Shown piece after piece: positions 1 through 11,935 of a DNA stretch of 64,000 nucleotides; position 1 is the stretch's first letter, and each line of letters begins with the position of its first letter. A program made the position numbers and the translations under genes. The notes under the pieces were generated by a model, which made no database searches, had not been told where the DNA came from, and saw only the letters and a program-made list of their open reading frames with translations. Location: the NCBI GenBank assembly GCA_004764695.1, contig SMSO01000007.1:1371270-1435269 (forward strand). Direction: 5' to 3'. The DNA is from Schizochytrium sp. TIO01 (taxonomy: Eukaryota; Protista; Bigyra: Labyrinthulomycetes).

Positions 1-2182
1 ACGGGCGTTTCTGTCAAAGCATGCATGTGTGATCTTTTATTGGCTTATTCGGCGAAACCCACAAAAACAACAAAACTTTATTATTTGATGAACGAACTGC
101 CAAAATTAATTGGCGAAGTTTTTTGACGCAATGCGAAGATGAACGAATATCGTTATATATCTACGTACATCATACTTGGTTACCTTCTGTTACACGAAAC
201 GTTTGGTCAGCTTTGGCTGTGCCGTGAACCTATTTGTGTAGGCATGTACGTAGGAGCCTTTGTTTTGGCGGCTCTGCGAGTGTATACGACGCCAATTGGT
301 GAATGATGGCCACGTCGTCGTCTTTAAGGACTTCGCCATGACGAGCGACCCATTGGCCGGAATCGAACTCTTCTGAGAGCTTCCCTTCCACCTGCAATAA
401 CAATCTCGTTCACATGCACCTTTTGAGGGCCGTTCTTGAAGAAGAACTTACTTTTGCATACGCTCTTGAGGGTATGGTATGCAGACGGTGCAGGAACGTC
501 ATTCATATGAGCTTTCACTTGAGCTCCACGTGTCCGGGCACGTAGATAGATATATCGTGGGTTCTTGCTTTGTCACGCAGTAGGACTTTTTGATTGGACT
601 TTGATTGTTGATTGACTGACAGGTAGCATTTGACCATAGAAGGAAGTGCGATCAACAATCGATCAATCCATCAACCAATCAATCAATTCATCCATCGATA
701 CGTCGATAACGTCGATAGTGCGTTGGGCGTCAAGGCGGCAACGCTCAGCGGACTTGAAGAAGGTCAGTTCGTCTATTTATGTAGATCGTACTCATGAAGG
801 TGGTCGCCAGCGAAACTTTTGAGGCGAGCAACGGTATATCAGCCTTGCTAGTGTGCATCTTGGAAAGGGAGTTCGTCTTGATTGGAATTCTCGTTCATGA
901 ATCGGGGGTCAGTTTCGACATGGACATGGAAACGAAGGGTACAAGCTCAAGCCAAACAATCACCCATTCATTGCATTGGGTAGTTACTACCTATGATGTA
1001 CCAAACCGCGACAGGTTTACAGAGGCATTCTAGCTCTAGAGAAAAGACAAATAAGTTGAATTTATTTTGCCTTGGAGTTTTAGGAATGTGTCTCAGGGCA
1101 TACTGATACAGAATCGCGCATAACCAACGCCCTGCCGATGTCCTTGGCGATACATCACAAGCGGGCAAGCCGTGTTGCTCGATTTGAGAGCAATACAATC
1201 TTTTCTCTATGGAGCATGTCGAACAGTGCATTACCTGTCACCAGGAGTGCGATGTATATTGGATACCGGACTAAATACCCGGTCCTGACAGGCGCCATTC
1301 GTGGTATAATTTCATCGACACGTGTGCTGTAAAACCCAATCACATGAGCAAGAGCAAGTTCTGCTGTTACTTCAGCTCGATACATAAGCGTGGCGTATCT
1401 CAGATGAGACTGCTGGAGACGCCTTGATACCACCTCTCTTTTGGATTCTGGAGCCACTTGGTTCTGAATAACGCAAGATCAATATAATCTGTTCGACACA
1501 GCTATGCAACAAATCCCTACTCTCTAACTTTGCTCGGCCGGCTTTGCATTTTGATTTCAACGCGAGTAGGTACAATCGGTGCATATACACGTACCTACTT
1601 AGCTAGACTTCCCTTCACATTTTGGATGGCTATTGCCTAAAACTCCACAATACGTGCAATCAAGAAGGTTTCGCAGCACCCATTTTCGTTTTTATTGTAA
1701 CAAGAGAATCATGGTGTCTATGTTCGCTGGTTGACCAGCACCGTTGTATATACGATGCCGCAAATCCTGATCCATCATCATGAAGACTGACACGGAGTTT
1801 TCTGGGGCGCATTCTTAGGGTTTATTAAGTAGGTCTTATTGGCAGTACTTTCTCACACTTTAAAGAGAAAGGAAATGACATTGACATTGACGATGACAAT
1901 GAATTGCAAGGCAAACCTTGTACGTCGCCTCACCGGTCTGGCTCGCTCGAAAACAGAATACCTGGGGGTTCATATAGGCGAGGCTGAGGCAAACAAGCTT
2001 CAAGTTCTAGGCTTGGTGTTTTGTCACGCTGCCAACCTCGAGACTGAACGCGGGTAATCGCCGAAACGTTGTGAACGAACTGACGTACACGGTGACGCAG
2101 TTCTACACATATCTACGTGCACAAAGGCTATCGAGCGAAGATAGCAACGTGGTCCCCGACCGCAGACATCGTTTTTACAAAC

Positions 2183-3694
2183 ATGGCGCCTCGTGAAGAG
2201 ATTCGTGAACCCAAAGTGCAACTGTCACATCGTGAGAAAGATGGCTCAGAGGCTGGTGAGCTGATTGGGGATGAAGTGTTGCGGGCTCTTAGAGGCCATG
2301 CTGTTCCAGCAATTATGCTCATGCGCTTATGTAAAGCCGTTGCACCGATAAGCGCAGCTGCACTGTTGTTCAAACTTATTTCTTACTTGGGTGGACACCA
2401 TAAACATTTCCTGATTCACCCCAAGTCGCGACTTACTACACTCTTGAATCTGTACATGCTTTCAGAGACGCTCTTTGGCATCTACTGTGCCCACATGCGC
2501 GCTAAAGGCCAAAAGTTTTACGTTGATGGCGAGACTTCCAAGGAGGAGCGACTGAAGTTGTTCAAGCAGTGTCTTGCAACTGTAGCTAGCCCACGCATTT
2601 TTGCGTCTTCATGGTTCCGAAATGCCGATATTACTCAGGCCAGACGAGGCAATGTTGAAGACTGGCTTGCCTGGGGATACTTTAATCGGCCTTTCCTCAC
2701 GCTGACCCCAGACCAGCAAGAAGAAGTTCAAGGATTTGTCGACGAGGTAGAACGAGCTACAAATGTCAAGCTTCCAAAAGGCCACAATGGTTTAATGCGG
2801 ACCTTTAAATTTTCTCTTGAACCTGTTGAATCTGCTCACCGCCCACTCGCATATTACGCCATTGTTCACGGCCTTGTGCAAAGGGTTCTAGCACCGCTTG
2901 GCTATCTCTCGCTTGGATTCGGCTCGCTAATTAGAGCTGGCCCCTTCAACTACTACATTCGCCGTGCGACAAAACCTCGCTGTGATCAAGCCCCGCCTGT
3001 TGTTCTGATCCATGGAATTGGAGTTGGACCATTACCATATGTGCCATTTGTCAAGGAGCTTCTGCAATGTTTTGACGAGACACGTGACTTCATTGTAGTG
3101 GAACTACCTGCTGTATCACAGCAGGTGGCTCCTCCGCAGCTGACATCAGAACTCTTCGTTATGAGTATGCGTGAATTGTTTGCGAAGGAAGGTCTTCCAC
3201 CTGCTCGCTTCATTGGTCATAGTTATGGAACCATGTGCATGGCTTGGATCGTCAAGAGCGCCCCTGATCTTGCGGAAAGTTACGCATTTCTAGACCCAGG
3301 GTGTTTCCTGTTACACCACACTAAGGCACTCAAGGCTATTATCTACAAGGAGGCTTTAAGTGAAGGCGAGAAACTATTTGAGTACTTTTTACGGTCGGAA
3401 TTGTTCTTTAGTAACCACATGCGCCGCCACTTTGTATGGTTCAAAAATGTGTTGTTCTTCGACGATATTCCAACGCACCAACCAACACTTATCCTTCTCA
3501 GTGAACATGATGACATTATGCCAGTCAAGGAGATTCTAGAAACGTACGAGGCCCATCCTGAAAGGCAGTCCTTGAAACACATTTCGTTTGTGAAGTTGCC
3601 AAAGACTAAGCATGGTGCATTTTTATTTGAGTCAACGAGAGAACAGGTAGTCAGTGCGGTGACAAGCATTGGAATCTCACAGAATCCAATTTGA
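2183..3694 (+). CDS. Alpha/beta-hydrolase fold protein (putative lipase/esterase) with hydrophobic N-terminal segments
   Basis: Long ORF (track 2117..3694; first ATG at 2183). Oxyanion-type motif VLIHGIGVG, nucleophile elbow IGHSYGT (GxSxG), and later SEHDDI and KHGAF matching Asp/His triad positions. Confidence 0.85.
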   Translation: MAPREEIREPKVQLSHREKDGSEAGELIGDEVLRALRGHAVPAIMLMRLCKAVAPISAAALLFKLISYLGGHHKHFLIHPKSRLTTLLNLYMLSETLFGIYCAHMRAKGQKFYVDGETSKEERLKLFKQCLATVASPRIFASSWFRNADITQARRGNVEDWLAWGYFNRPFLTLTPDQQEEVQGFVDEVERATNVKLPKGHNGLMRTFKFSLEPVESAHRPLAYYAIVHGLVQRVLAPLGYLSLGFGSLIRAGPFNYYIRRATKPRCDQAPPVVLIHGIGVGPLPYVPFVKELLQCFDETRDFIVVELPAVSQQVAPPQLTSELFVMSMRELFAKEGLPPARFIGHSYGTMCMAWIVKSAPDLAESYAFLDPGCFLLHHTKALKAIIYKEALSEGEKLFEYFLRSELFFSNHMRRHFVWFKNVLFFDDIPTHQPTLILLSEHDDIMPVKEILETYEAHPERQSLKHISFVKLPKTKHGAFLFESTREQVVSAVTSIGISQNPI

Positions 3695-4801
3695 TGAAAT
3701 AATTTGACATAACAATATCTCTTTCTTCTTTTTGTCCAATTAGATAACTGAATACCCAATTACTAAGGTTGGACCAATTGTTTTTCACTAGAAATGCAAG
3801 ACCAACGACAGTCATAACTTTAATCATGTTATTGGGATCAGCATTGATTTCCTCTACTTGACAGCCAATTCAAAGTGTCGGTGCATTAGTAGTCTTTCCT
3901 TGTTTTGATATTTCTAATCTATGATACTCCACGTATTAATACGTTTCATACTTACCGTTAATACCTTGTATGGAAAATGCAAGCTAAGGGACTTCGCCTT
4001 AATTTTCTCGAATACAATGGATTGATTTGTGTAGCATAATTGACACTCTAGAAAAAACAGATAGCCTAACCCTCCAGTGAAGAAATGATGTGAGATATAA
4101 ATGAGCAGGGGGCCAAAATAGAGTTTTCAAGATGGAAGACAACGTGTGGGGACCTTGAACCCATCTAGCTGCATACTCAAGTAGTAAGGGGAGGATATAA
4201 GATACTGGGCAATCGAAGACTGATAAGCTCTTATAACTCCCGTAAGAACTATGAGTGAAATGACCTAATTGCATAATATCAATACCTGTTTTTTTAGGTT
4301 CTGATTGTAGGTAAGCATAGTTGGGAGATGCGCTTGAAAGATTCAACTACCAACGGTTAAAATGAAAATACTTTCACGGTCTTAATTCTGAAAGAGGGCT
4401 TAAATTACCAAAAACACCATTCTATTACGAATGGCCTTGGATTGAAGCAAAGGGTGCCGATTGATTGATTGTACTGAAATACTCAAGGTAAACGGCCAGC
4501 AGAGAAAGTTGGGTTTGGCATAAGCTGCGTGAACGTATTTTACTGTCCAACGTGTGTTTAACATAAATTTGACAACGCGTTTGAGCACTTTGCATAGGTC
4601 TCCTCTATATATCTCTTACTACATCAGACACACCTCACATTCCTCAAATAACGTGATGATATTATGTCTTTCAAAGGTACGCTACAGATCTAGCTAGAGG
4701 AAACGTGCACGAGACCAGGTAATATTAAAATGTGACTCTTTTGTTCAGTTGCTAAAGATCACTGAGAATGCATTTTTGATCCAAATACAACTTATAGATA
4801 A

Positions 4802-6655
4802 CTAATGTTGTGCCGAGCCAGGTGCGTCACGCATAATTTGAGACGACAAACTGCGGTTTGACGTGCCGCCAGATCGTAGAATCTCCTGCTTTCGTTCGTC
4901 CTCTGCACGCTGGATGACAGCTTTGCCGAAATAAAAACACCCTGCAACTGTGAATGTTAGACCGATAAACTGCCACGGTGTATATGTATCTCGTGGGAGA
5001 TTAAGCCGACTGTATAGTGGGGAAGCTGAAGCCACGCTGACAACAGGGATGATCACTCCGTTGGCCACAAAAAAGAGTACTGCAGAGCCCTCGTCGATGA
5101 CGATAAGCATGAGCATGTTAAACGCACAAACCATGCCAATGTACATCCAGGTTGAGATGACGGCGCTGGCACAATCCTCTTTACCATAAGCAGGAAGACC
5201 AGTAAGAGGATCGTATGAGTTGATACCCAAGAATCCACATTTGAATCCATAAAGAAAATTTGTCATAATCTCGTCACTTGGGACCTGACTTGTCTCATCC
5301 ATATCGCGATTCTGAATCCAGATGCCAAGCGGGACCAAACAGATTCCGAAAAAGAATTGGAAGACAGCAACCCAGGCGTTGAGTTGATGCGCATCACAGT
5401 CAAACCGCGGTTGCGTCAAAACCCACTCCTTTAGACAACCACCAAGCGCTAGAGGCAAGCATGAGATGGCAAAAACGACCGTCCATCTCGCGTCTGATTG
5501 GCCTGGGCCACCTTGCATTACGTTGATCAGGCAAAGGATAACGCCGAGAAGAACCATGACGGCTCCAATAAAATGACGCTTTGAAAACACACGGTTTAAC
5601 ATGAGTGTTGAAAGGCCCATTGACATGGGGATGGAGAGTTGCTGCAAAATCAAGCGAAGGGCCCCACCCAAGTCATGACTGGCAAGAAGGTTTATGTACA
5701 GCGCAATAGTGTCGCAGAGAGCCATAACGGCTACAAGCCAGTAAAATTGGCCGCGAGCTAGAAAGGACCGAGCTCGCTGGATTGCGTTTCGGCGTCGCAC
5801 CTCAGGACTTTGGCGGTTCCCATAGTTGTACGGATCATAGTCTTCGTCGTCATAGATTGCATAATAGTCTGCCTCCCCGTCTGATTCTGTGCCCTCGCTA
5901 CGCCCGCGTGAATTTTCGCGACCAAGGTTTCGAGGATCTAGCCAGCGCCTGATCTGACTGCGCCTGCGACGGGCTTCCTCAATACCATAAAGTGCTGTGA
6001 AGAAAATAATACATGTGAGCACGACAGCCTGATCGAGGAAACAGCGGTAAGGTGCCATGAGGACCTTCCCATTGACCGTGTAACTAATGGTCTCGGCACT
6101 TCCACTGAGGATGAGTAGTGAAAGCAGGCCTAAAAGTTTGGCTCTTCGGCGCCAGCTCCACAAGGCCATAGACTCAGCCTCCACCTCGCCCAGACTGTAT
6201 TCCATGCCTCCATCTCCGCCATCGTTGCCATGCCCGTACATATTCGTCACATACTGGTTTCCATATTGGTTGTTGCCCGGGGCATTATTGTTTTGCACTG
6301 CCGAAATTCCGAAGAGTCTCGAGTCCTCCTCGAGATATTCTTGCAATCGGCGGTTCGTAGAAGTGGTGCCGCTTCCCGAGAAGCTCGAATTCATTCCTGA
6401 GTGGCCATCGTCGTACGTTGCATACCCATTCGAGGAGGCCGATGTTCCAAACCACGCATCGTTATTTTCATTCGAAGTGCCTTGCCTTTGACCTTGCCTT
6501 GGCGCCTGCTGATTTTGCGCGTGATTTTGCAGTTGAGTTTGCTGTTGCTGCTGTTGCTGTTCGTGGTAATAATAGTACTCGTCAAGTTCGCCATCCCCAC
6601 GAGTTTCCACGCCCTCCACGCGTCGTCCTCCGCGAGGACCTTGTGAACGCGGCAT
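4802..6655 (-). CDS. CRT-like (chloroquine-resistance-transporter-like/CLT) DMT-superfamily transporter with long Q/N/G-rich N-terminal extension
   Basis: About 10 hydrophobic segments. Motifs LQQLSIPMSMGLS..F...HFIGAVMVLLGV, FAISCLPLALGGCLKEWVL, LNAWVAVFQFFFG, and a Cys-containing loop (GFKCGFLG...EDC) resemble CRT-like proteins. First ATG at 6655 (MPRSQ). Confidence 0.75.
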   Translation of the reverse strand: MPRSQGPRGGRRVEGVETRGDGELDEYYYYHEQQQQQQQTQLQNHAQNQQAPRQGQRQGTSNENNDAWFGTSASSNGYATYDDGHSGMNSSFSGSGTTSTNRRLQEYLEEDSRLFGISAVQNNNAPGNNQYGNQYVTNMYGHGNDGGDGGMEYSLGEVEAESMALWSWRRRAKLLGLLSLLILSGSAETISYTVNGKVLMAPYRCFLDQAVVLTCIIFFTALYGIEEARRRRSQIRRWLDPRNLGRENSRGRSEGTESDGEADYYAIYDDEDYDPYNYGNRQSPEVRRRNAIQRARSFLARGQFYWLVAVMALCDTIALYINLLASHDLGGALRLILQQLSIPMSMGLSTLMLNRVFSKRHFIGAVMVLLGVILCLINVMQGGPGQSDARWTVVFAISCLPLALGGCLKEWVLTQPRFDCDAHQLNAWVAVFQFFFGICLVPLGIWIQNRDMDETSQVPSDEIMTNFLYGFKCGFLGINSYDPLTGLPAYGKEDCASAVISTWMYIGMVCAFNMLMLIVIDEGSAVLFFVANGVIIPVVSVASASPLYSRLNLPRDTYTPWQFIGLTFTVAGCFYFGKAVIQRAEDERKQEILRSGGTSNRSLSSQIMRDAPGSAQH

Positions 6656-8828
6656 GATTATCCGCAGGGTCGCGTCCAAGGCCTTTGTTCCCGCGCCTCG
6701 TAACCCTCCCGTCCCGCGTTCAAGCGGGATCGCCAGGTCACGAGCCTCGCGGCGAGGAGGCTTTCCAATTTGGTTTTTCAACTCGAGTTTACAAAATCAT
6801 TCATTCATTCATTCTCATTCTATCGTCAAATTTTTACTTTTCTTTTCGTCAGAAAATTAAAATTAAATTGAACCCCTCTAATACAAAATAATACAAAAGA
6901 CCAATATGGTACTTTTTAGTTTTTTTTTCTTTTTTTCTTTTTTTTCTTTTTTAAACCAAACAAACCTTAACTTCGACTATTAGGTACTATCTACTACTAT
7001 GCTAGAGGATGCATTATGAAATGGCCACTTTATGGGTATTACCTATCTACTCCATAAGATTGATCGTGGGAGGCCGTGGCTAAGAGTTCCTATGCCCTGC
7101 TAAGCGCTTTTGAACGTTTATTCTTTCTTTCTTCTCTTCTTTTTCAGGTCTAATTTTGTGCACGCTATCCCAACGCGGCAACTTGAGATGGTCCGTGAGA
7201 AAGAAGCTGAAGCAATAAAACAACGATAGCGTTTCCCAAAAGCCAGGTGCCGCTCTTCTTGGCTCCAAGATATCAGTATAATGTGTCTGACGAAATGGAT
7301 GCATACGGTATTTTCAATCTTCGGGGAAGAGCTCGGGATCTCTTCGGGTTTCTTGCGTCCAAAGTTCAAGTTTTCGTTTTAATTTTTTAATTAGATAAAG
7401 AAGAAAAGAGAGGGAAAGAGAAGGGAAAAGGAGGAAAAGGAATCATTAGAAAACACAGAAATAAAAAAAACTCCTTTTCCTTTTCCCTCTTCTCTTCTCA
7501 AAATCTATTCATTTCCATTAATTATTTCTTTTTGGAATTAAAAAGTAAAAAAAAAAGAAACGTGACTCTTCTCTTCGCAATTTGGTGCTTCGCTTTGAAG
7601 AGTTATCATGTACTCTTCTTCGAGTCTCTTCATTTCTCACTGCTGCTGCCCACTTCTTCAACCTGAAGTCTTCGCGTTCTCAAAAAGTCGTCACTCCTTC
7701 GAAGACGTTCTCCCTCTTCGCTCTTTTCGACTGCGTCGACTTCGATCTAAGATCTCGATTTGACAATGACTATTGGCCTTTCCGAGGTACTGCTCTTCTC
7801 CAGCTTTTTCCCTCTTTCGAGAGTATGTTCCAGTAGTTCCGGGAGTTCTGGGAGTTCCAAGCGACTCTTTGGAGTGGGTTCTACGATGGTCCTCCCAAAA
7901 CCCATTCGCTGCCGCTGGGTTGTGCTTCCCTGCTCTCAGGCTCGACTCTCACCCGCAGAGGCCAGGTCTGAGGCCACCATGGCCCACGCAGGCGACCCGA
8001 GGAGGCAGTTGTTTTCGGTTCAGGTAGAACACCGTCTTTGGGGGGTTTGAAGAGATGATACTCCGAGTATCTTTCAAGATCTTCAGCAGCTACTTCTTTT
8101 GCGTTGCTACGCTTGGGGATCAGGATCTTGGCCCGCAAACAGAACCGCTCATAGGCTCAGCCAGGGACGTGTAGGAGCTTTCGGTCTTGCCAGAGGCATG
8201 GACGCGGTTTTTATATTATCACTGCAAGGGGGGCGGGGGTGGTGGGAATAGTGATGCGTCAAACGAACCTGGTTTCTTTCTGCCCTCATCTTCTTTTTAG
8301 GATGTTGTGGTACGAGCACGATGCATGATAAGTAAACCTGTGATCTTTGAGTCAACCAAAGACGCTAGGCGTGATAACACTTCGCGGTAGAGATTGGCTC
8401 ACCGGACTTGCAACACTTACAGATTGCAGAATCAGGTTGTGCATGAAGCGGGGAATGGCTAGGTGTTGTTGATACAATGTGGAGGTTATTTGTATATCCC
8501 ACCACATCTAGGCTTGAGGTTCGGCATCAGGAAACGAAGAGTCTTGGAGGTTTAGATTCCTGAATTATGGGGGTTCCCGACGAGAGAATAAATTAATATC
8601 TGTAAGAGTATCGCTAAAAGCCGGACTTGTTTTAAGACCAACGCAGCTCGGGATGATTACAAGTCGTGAATGATGAACTTCTGACCTATCGTCCTGGAAG
8701 AACTCCATCATGAGAAAGAACAAAGAGCAAACGTGGTTGCGCCAAGGTAACTTTATATTTCATGTTTATTAAAACTGTAGCAAGCATTTGTTTTATTTAC
8801 TTATTCATTCTTTGCAAGTCTTTTCTAT

Positions 8829-10391
8829 TCAAGCAGAATCTGAGTTAGATGGTTTCGAAGGCTTCACCAAGAGGTATGTGACCGCGGCTCCTCCCATGAA
8901 AAAAAGCAAAGGCTTGACGCGGCTACCAGCTCGACAGTTATATCTGTCGTAGTACGACCCCCACCTGGGGCTGCCTCTCGCCCAACTGTTGTCCAAGCTC
9001 CTATAGAAACCTCTGTCCCCACCAAACTCTTTTCCATTGCCAAATCGCATACCTCGAGCAGAGCCCATTCCCTTTTCAGAACCACCGCCATTTGCAAACT
9101 GCCTTCCATTTCTTGGACTCATGTATCCATCAAAGCACATTTCGTGACCATATCCACTGCCCCAACTAAAGTTTCTGCCCCAACCAAAGTTTCTGCCCCA
9201 ACCAAAGCCTGTGTCCCTGCAAAGTTGCATGCCTCGTCCAAAGCCCCAACCGCTGCCAGAATTATGAATACGCCAAGCAGGTCCCACCAAAAGATTGTTA
9301 CCTTTGAGGCGACTTGTTACGATCGGTCCTGCCATGCCCCTCGGGAGTAAGGATTCACCTTGGTTGGGTCCCAAAGGGACTATCATCATTGATCGATCAG
9401 GCCTAGGTGTGTAAGACTTGAGCCATGAAAATCCCCGAATCTCAGACATGACATTCTTAGCAGCTACCATACCTTGGCGAGCTCCCGAAAAAGCAAGCTT
9501 ATTCTCTGCAATGTCAGTGATATCTCCAACTGCAAAGATGTTGGACTGGACCTTTCCGTCAGCATCAACCACACGTAGCTTGTCATCCACCTTGACTAAA
9601 TTGCACGAAGTCAACCACTCACGCGGAAAAGATCCAGTGTTTGGGGTTGCACCCATGCATGAGATGACAAGGTCAGTATTGATGTCTTCACCAGAAGAGG
9701 TCTTGAGAGTCCGGGTGCCAGAAAGCATCGGTTTGTCACTTATTTCGGACTGATCCAGCTCTACGCTAGTCTTGGTCAAGATTTTAACACCCATGGAGGC
9801 CAGCTGATTGTGCAAGGATGATGTAAACTGAGTCGGCAAAGCAGGTGTTACAGCATCGATAAGAGACTCCCCACTGTGCAACAGCGTAACCTCCTTACTT
9901 GGGTAATGACTCTTGATTTCTCCTGCTAGCTCCACACCTACAACCCCACCGCCAACGATCGTGATATTTTCTGCTTTCTGCACAGCTGCCATGTTGTCTT
10001 GATAAAACTTTATGATATCTTCTGTTGAAGTAACTCCAGCGGGAGGCTCTCCGGGCGAGTGATTGCGAGAACCAGTGGCAAGGATGCAGTAGTCAAAAGG
10101 GATGATTTCGCCTGATGTAAGTGTCACCTCACTGTTTGTGACCTCCTGAATGGAACCGACCTTGACTTGGCCGTATCGAAGAAGTCTGTCACGAGGAATC
10201 ACAACCTTTTCCTGCCAATCATCCTCGACAGATGCTCGGAGGCCTCCGATCTTGTGCACAAAGTCTTCATGATCGTCGATAAGGATCAACTCAATATCGT
10301 TTCGCCACCACAAGCCACGGTCGAGGACCTTAGCGGCTGCAGTTCCGCTGTATCCTCCTCCGAGGACTACAACCCTGGTTAAACCACTCAT
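8829..10391 (-). CDS. AIFM2/FSP1/AMID-like FAD-dependent NAD(P)H oxidoreductase, paralog 1, with Gly/Trp/Arg-rich insert and C-terminal hydrophobic tail
   Basis: VVVLGGGYSG (FAD), FDYCILATGS, IVGGGVVGVELAGEI (NAD(P)H), IFAVGDI and MIVPLGP; C-terminal PLLFFMGGAAVTYLLV. Confidence 0.85.
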   Translation of the reverse strand: MSGLTRVVVLGGGYSGTAAAKVLDRGLWWRNDIELILIDDHEDFVHKIGGLRASVEDDWQEKVVIPRDRLLRYGQVKVGSIQEVTNSEVTLTSGEIIPFDYCILATGSRNHSPGEPPAGVTSTEDIIKFYQDNMAAVQKAENITIVGGGVVGVELAGEIKSHYPSKEVTLLHSGESLIDAVTPALPTQFTSSLHNQLASMGVKILTKTSVELDQSEISDKPMLSGTRTLKTSSGEDINTDLVISCMGATPNTGSFPREWLTSCNLVKVDDKLRVVDADGKVQSNIFAVGDITDIAENKLAFSGARQGMVAAKNVMSEIRGFSWLKSYTPRPDRSMMIVPLGPNQGESLLPRGMAGPIVTSRLKGNNLLVGPAWRIHNSGSGWGFGRGMQLCRDTGFGWGRNFGWGRNFSWGSGYGHEMCFDGYMSPRNGRQFANGGGSEKGMGSARGMRFGNGKEFGGDRGFYRSLDNSWARGSPRWGSYYDRYNCRAGSRVKPLLFFMGGAAVTYLLVKPSKPSNSDSA

Positions 10392-11530
10392 GGTTGATCA
10401 AGTTTTTCGATGGCCTTGAAGTATGTTCCTCAAGTCCTCGCTAGACACGATACGTGATCTAACCTCTGCGTTGATACTATTTCTATTCCTTCAAGCCCGA
10501 TGACTTTGTTTTGGTTTTGCTGTATCGCTGTCTGGACTGGACCAAACAAATATCGATCTTATATTTTGGTCTGTTTAGAATTGTGTAGTAGATGTACCTA
10601 GAGATTACGCACTTCAGAGATGAAAAGAAAACCTAGAGAAACCGAAACTGGTGTGATCCACTACATCTTTCTTTAGGTGGTTAGTGGAACGTTGCGTGGA
10701 ACTAGCTTTCAAGTTCACCAGGCCCTCCAAGCGCGCAATGAGACTACAAAGATCAACATCACCCACTGCCCATGAATCAGAGAAAGTTCATGATTCAAAC
10801 CCATCGTACAAAGCATGTTCTTTGCGGGGATCCCGGAAGACTGGTTTTCGCATGGCCATTCGCACAATCAGTGTCAATCAACTTTAGCTTCTAGGTTATA
10901 CTTAGGTACTTACCACCTAGATACATTTTCACCATAAACTATTCAATCGATGTACCAACAATCACGTTTCTATCGTGTTTCCGTGTCTAGAACCTATAGC
11001 ATTCAACTTGAACTTGTCTCCACTTTCCACCTACTATCTTCAAGTTGATCTCACTTTTGTACATGACGAACAACGAAGCCTTCCAACGTCGGTCATATGG
11101 CAATGGTCAAAACGTACCCCCCACGGAAACCCTCCTTCCTGGTAGGTATGACTTGAATTTGATGCATTGCAGACTTTCAAGTTAGCAAATCATTCGGCTT
11201 GTATCGCTTACGCGTGCTCCGAATTCAAGCTGACCTGAGGGTCTGCGTTGAATCATAGGAAGTGTATCAGACCTCTCTCAATTCGGAGCTTCCTGCTACA
11301 CCTCAAGTTTGCTTCAAGTTTTACAAGAGGATCCTTTTCAGATGTGGCAACCAGAACAATGCAAAGCTCGATCTCGTCTTGCTCAGCATATTGTCTCTCG
11401 AGGGAACCGATTTTACAAGGAATACGCCGCATTCTCGCTCAAAAGGTACCATGTCCTTGCTCAAGAAGTATCCCTCCCAGAGTGCATCCTTTGCTCCGGG
11501 ACTTTCGTTTGCAGCTGTAATCTCGCAATT

Positions 11531-11826
11531 GAAAGTCATGACCCAAAGGTATCTCGGTACGACCTTGAGATCTCGTGGTCTACGAGTATGTATTAGGTAT
11601 GAGTAGCCAACTACTACTAGTTCAATCCGATGATTGAGGTTGAGGACGTGCAGAGGTACCTCATAGGCCCCAGCTAGTTAGATCTACTGATGCACACCCT
11701 TTGGTTCTTCGTTTCGCTGGATGAACAACGAAGCTTTCGATAAGGTTATTGGTTCTTTTCATGGATGAATAAGGAAGCTTTCATTCCCTTCTCAGGAAGA
11801 ACAACGAGGCTTTCGAAGGCTAATTA
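11531..11826 (+). repeat. Dispersed repeat A, copy 1 (~300 bp direct repeat)
   Basis: gaaagtcatgacccaaagg...ctactactagttcaatccgatgattga...gaagaacaacgaggctttcga.ggctaatta recurs at about 17556-17878 in the same orientation. Confidence 0.9.
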
Positions 11827-11935
11827 ATTAAAAAAATCAAATATATGAATATCATATATATATCTATTTATTTATTATCGCGCAAGAGAAGCTAGGCAAG
11901 GCGAGATTTTTAAGCCTAAAGTTCGATTGCCCAGA

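Noticed and set aside
324-518. 64-aa ORF with superficial resemblance to ribosomal protein uL22 (LRRVRFRPMGRS)
   Set aside because: Too short, ends before the expected C-terminal strand, and the similarity is limited to a basic patch.
760-775. 16-bp match aaggtcagttcgtcta shared with ~44602-44617
   Set aside because: Too short to distinguish a regulatory motif or old repeat from chance without a genome-wide count.
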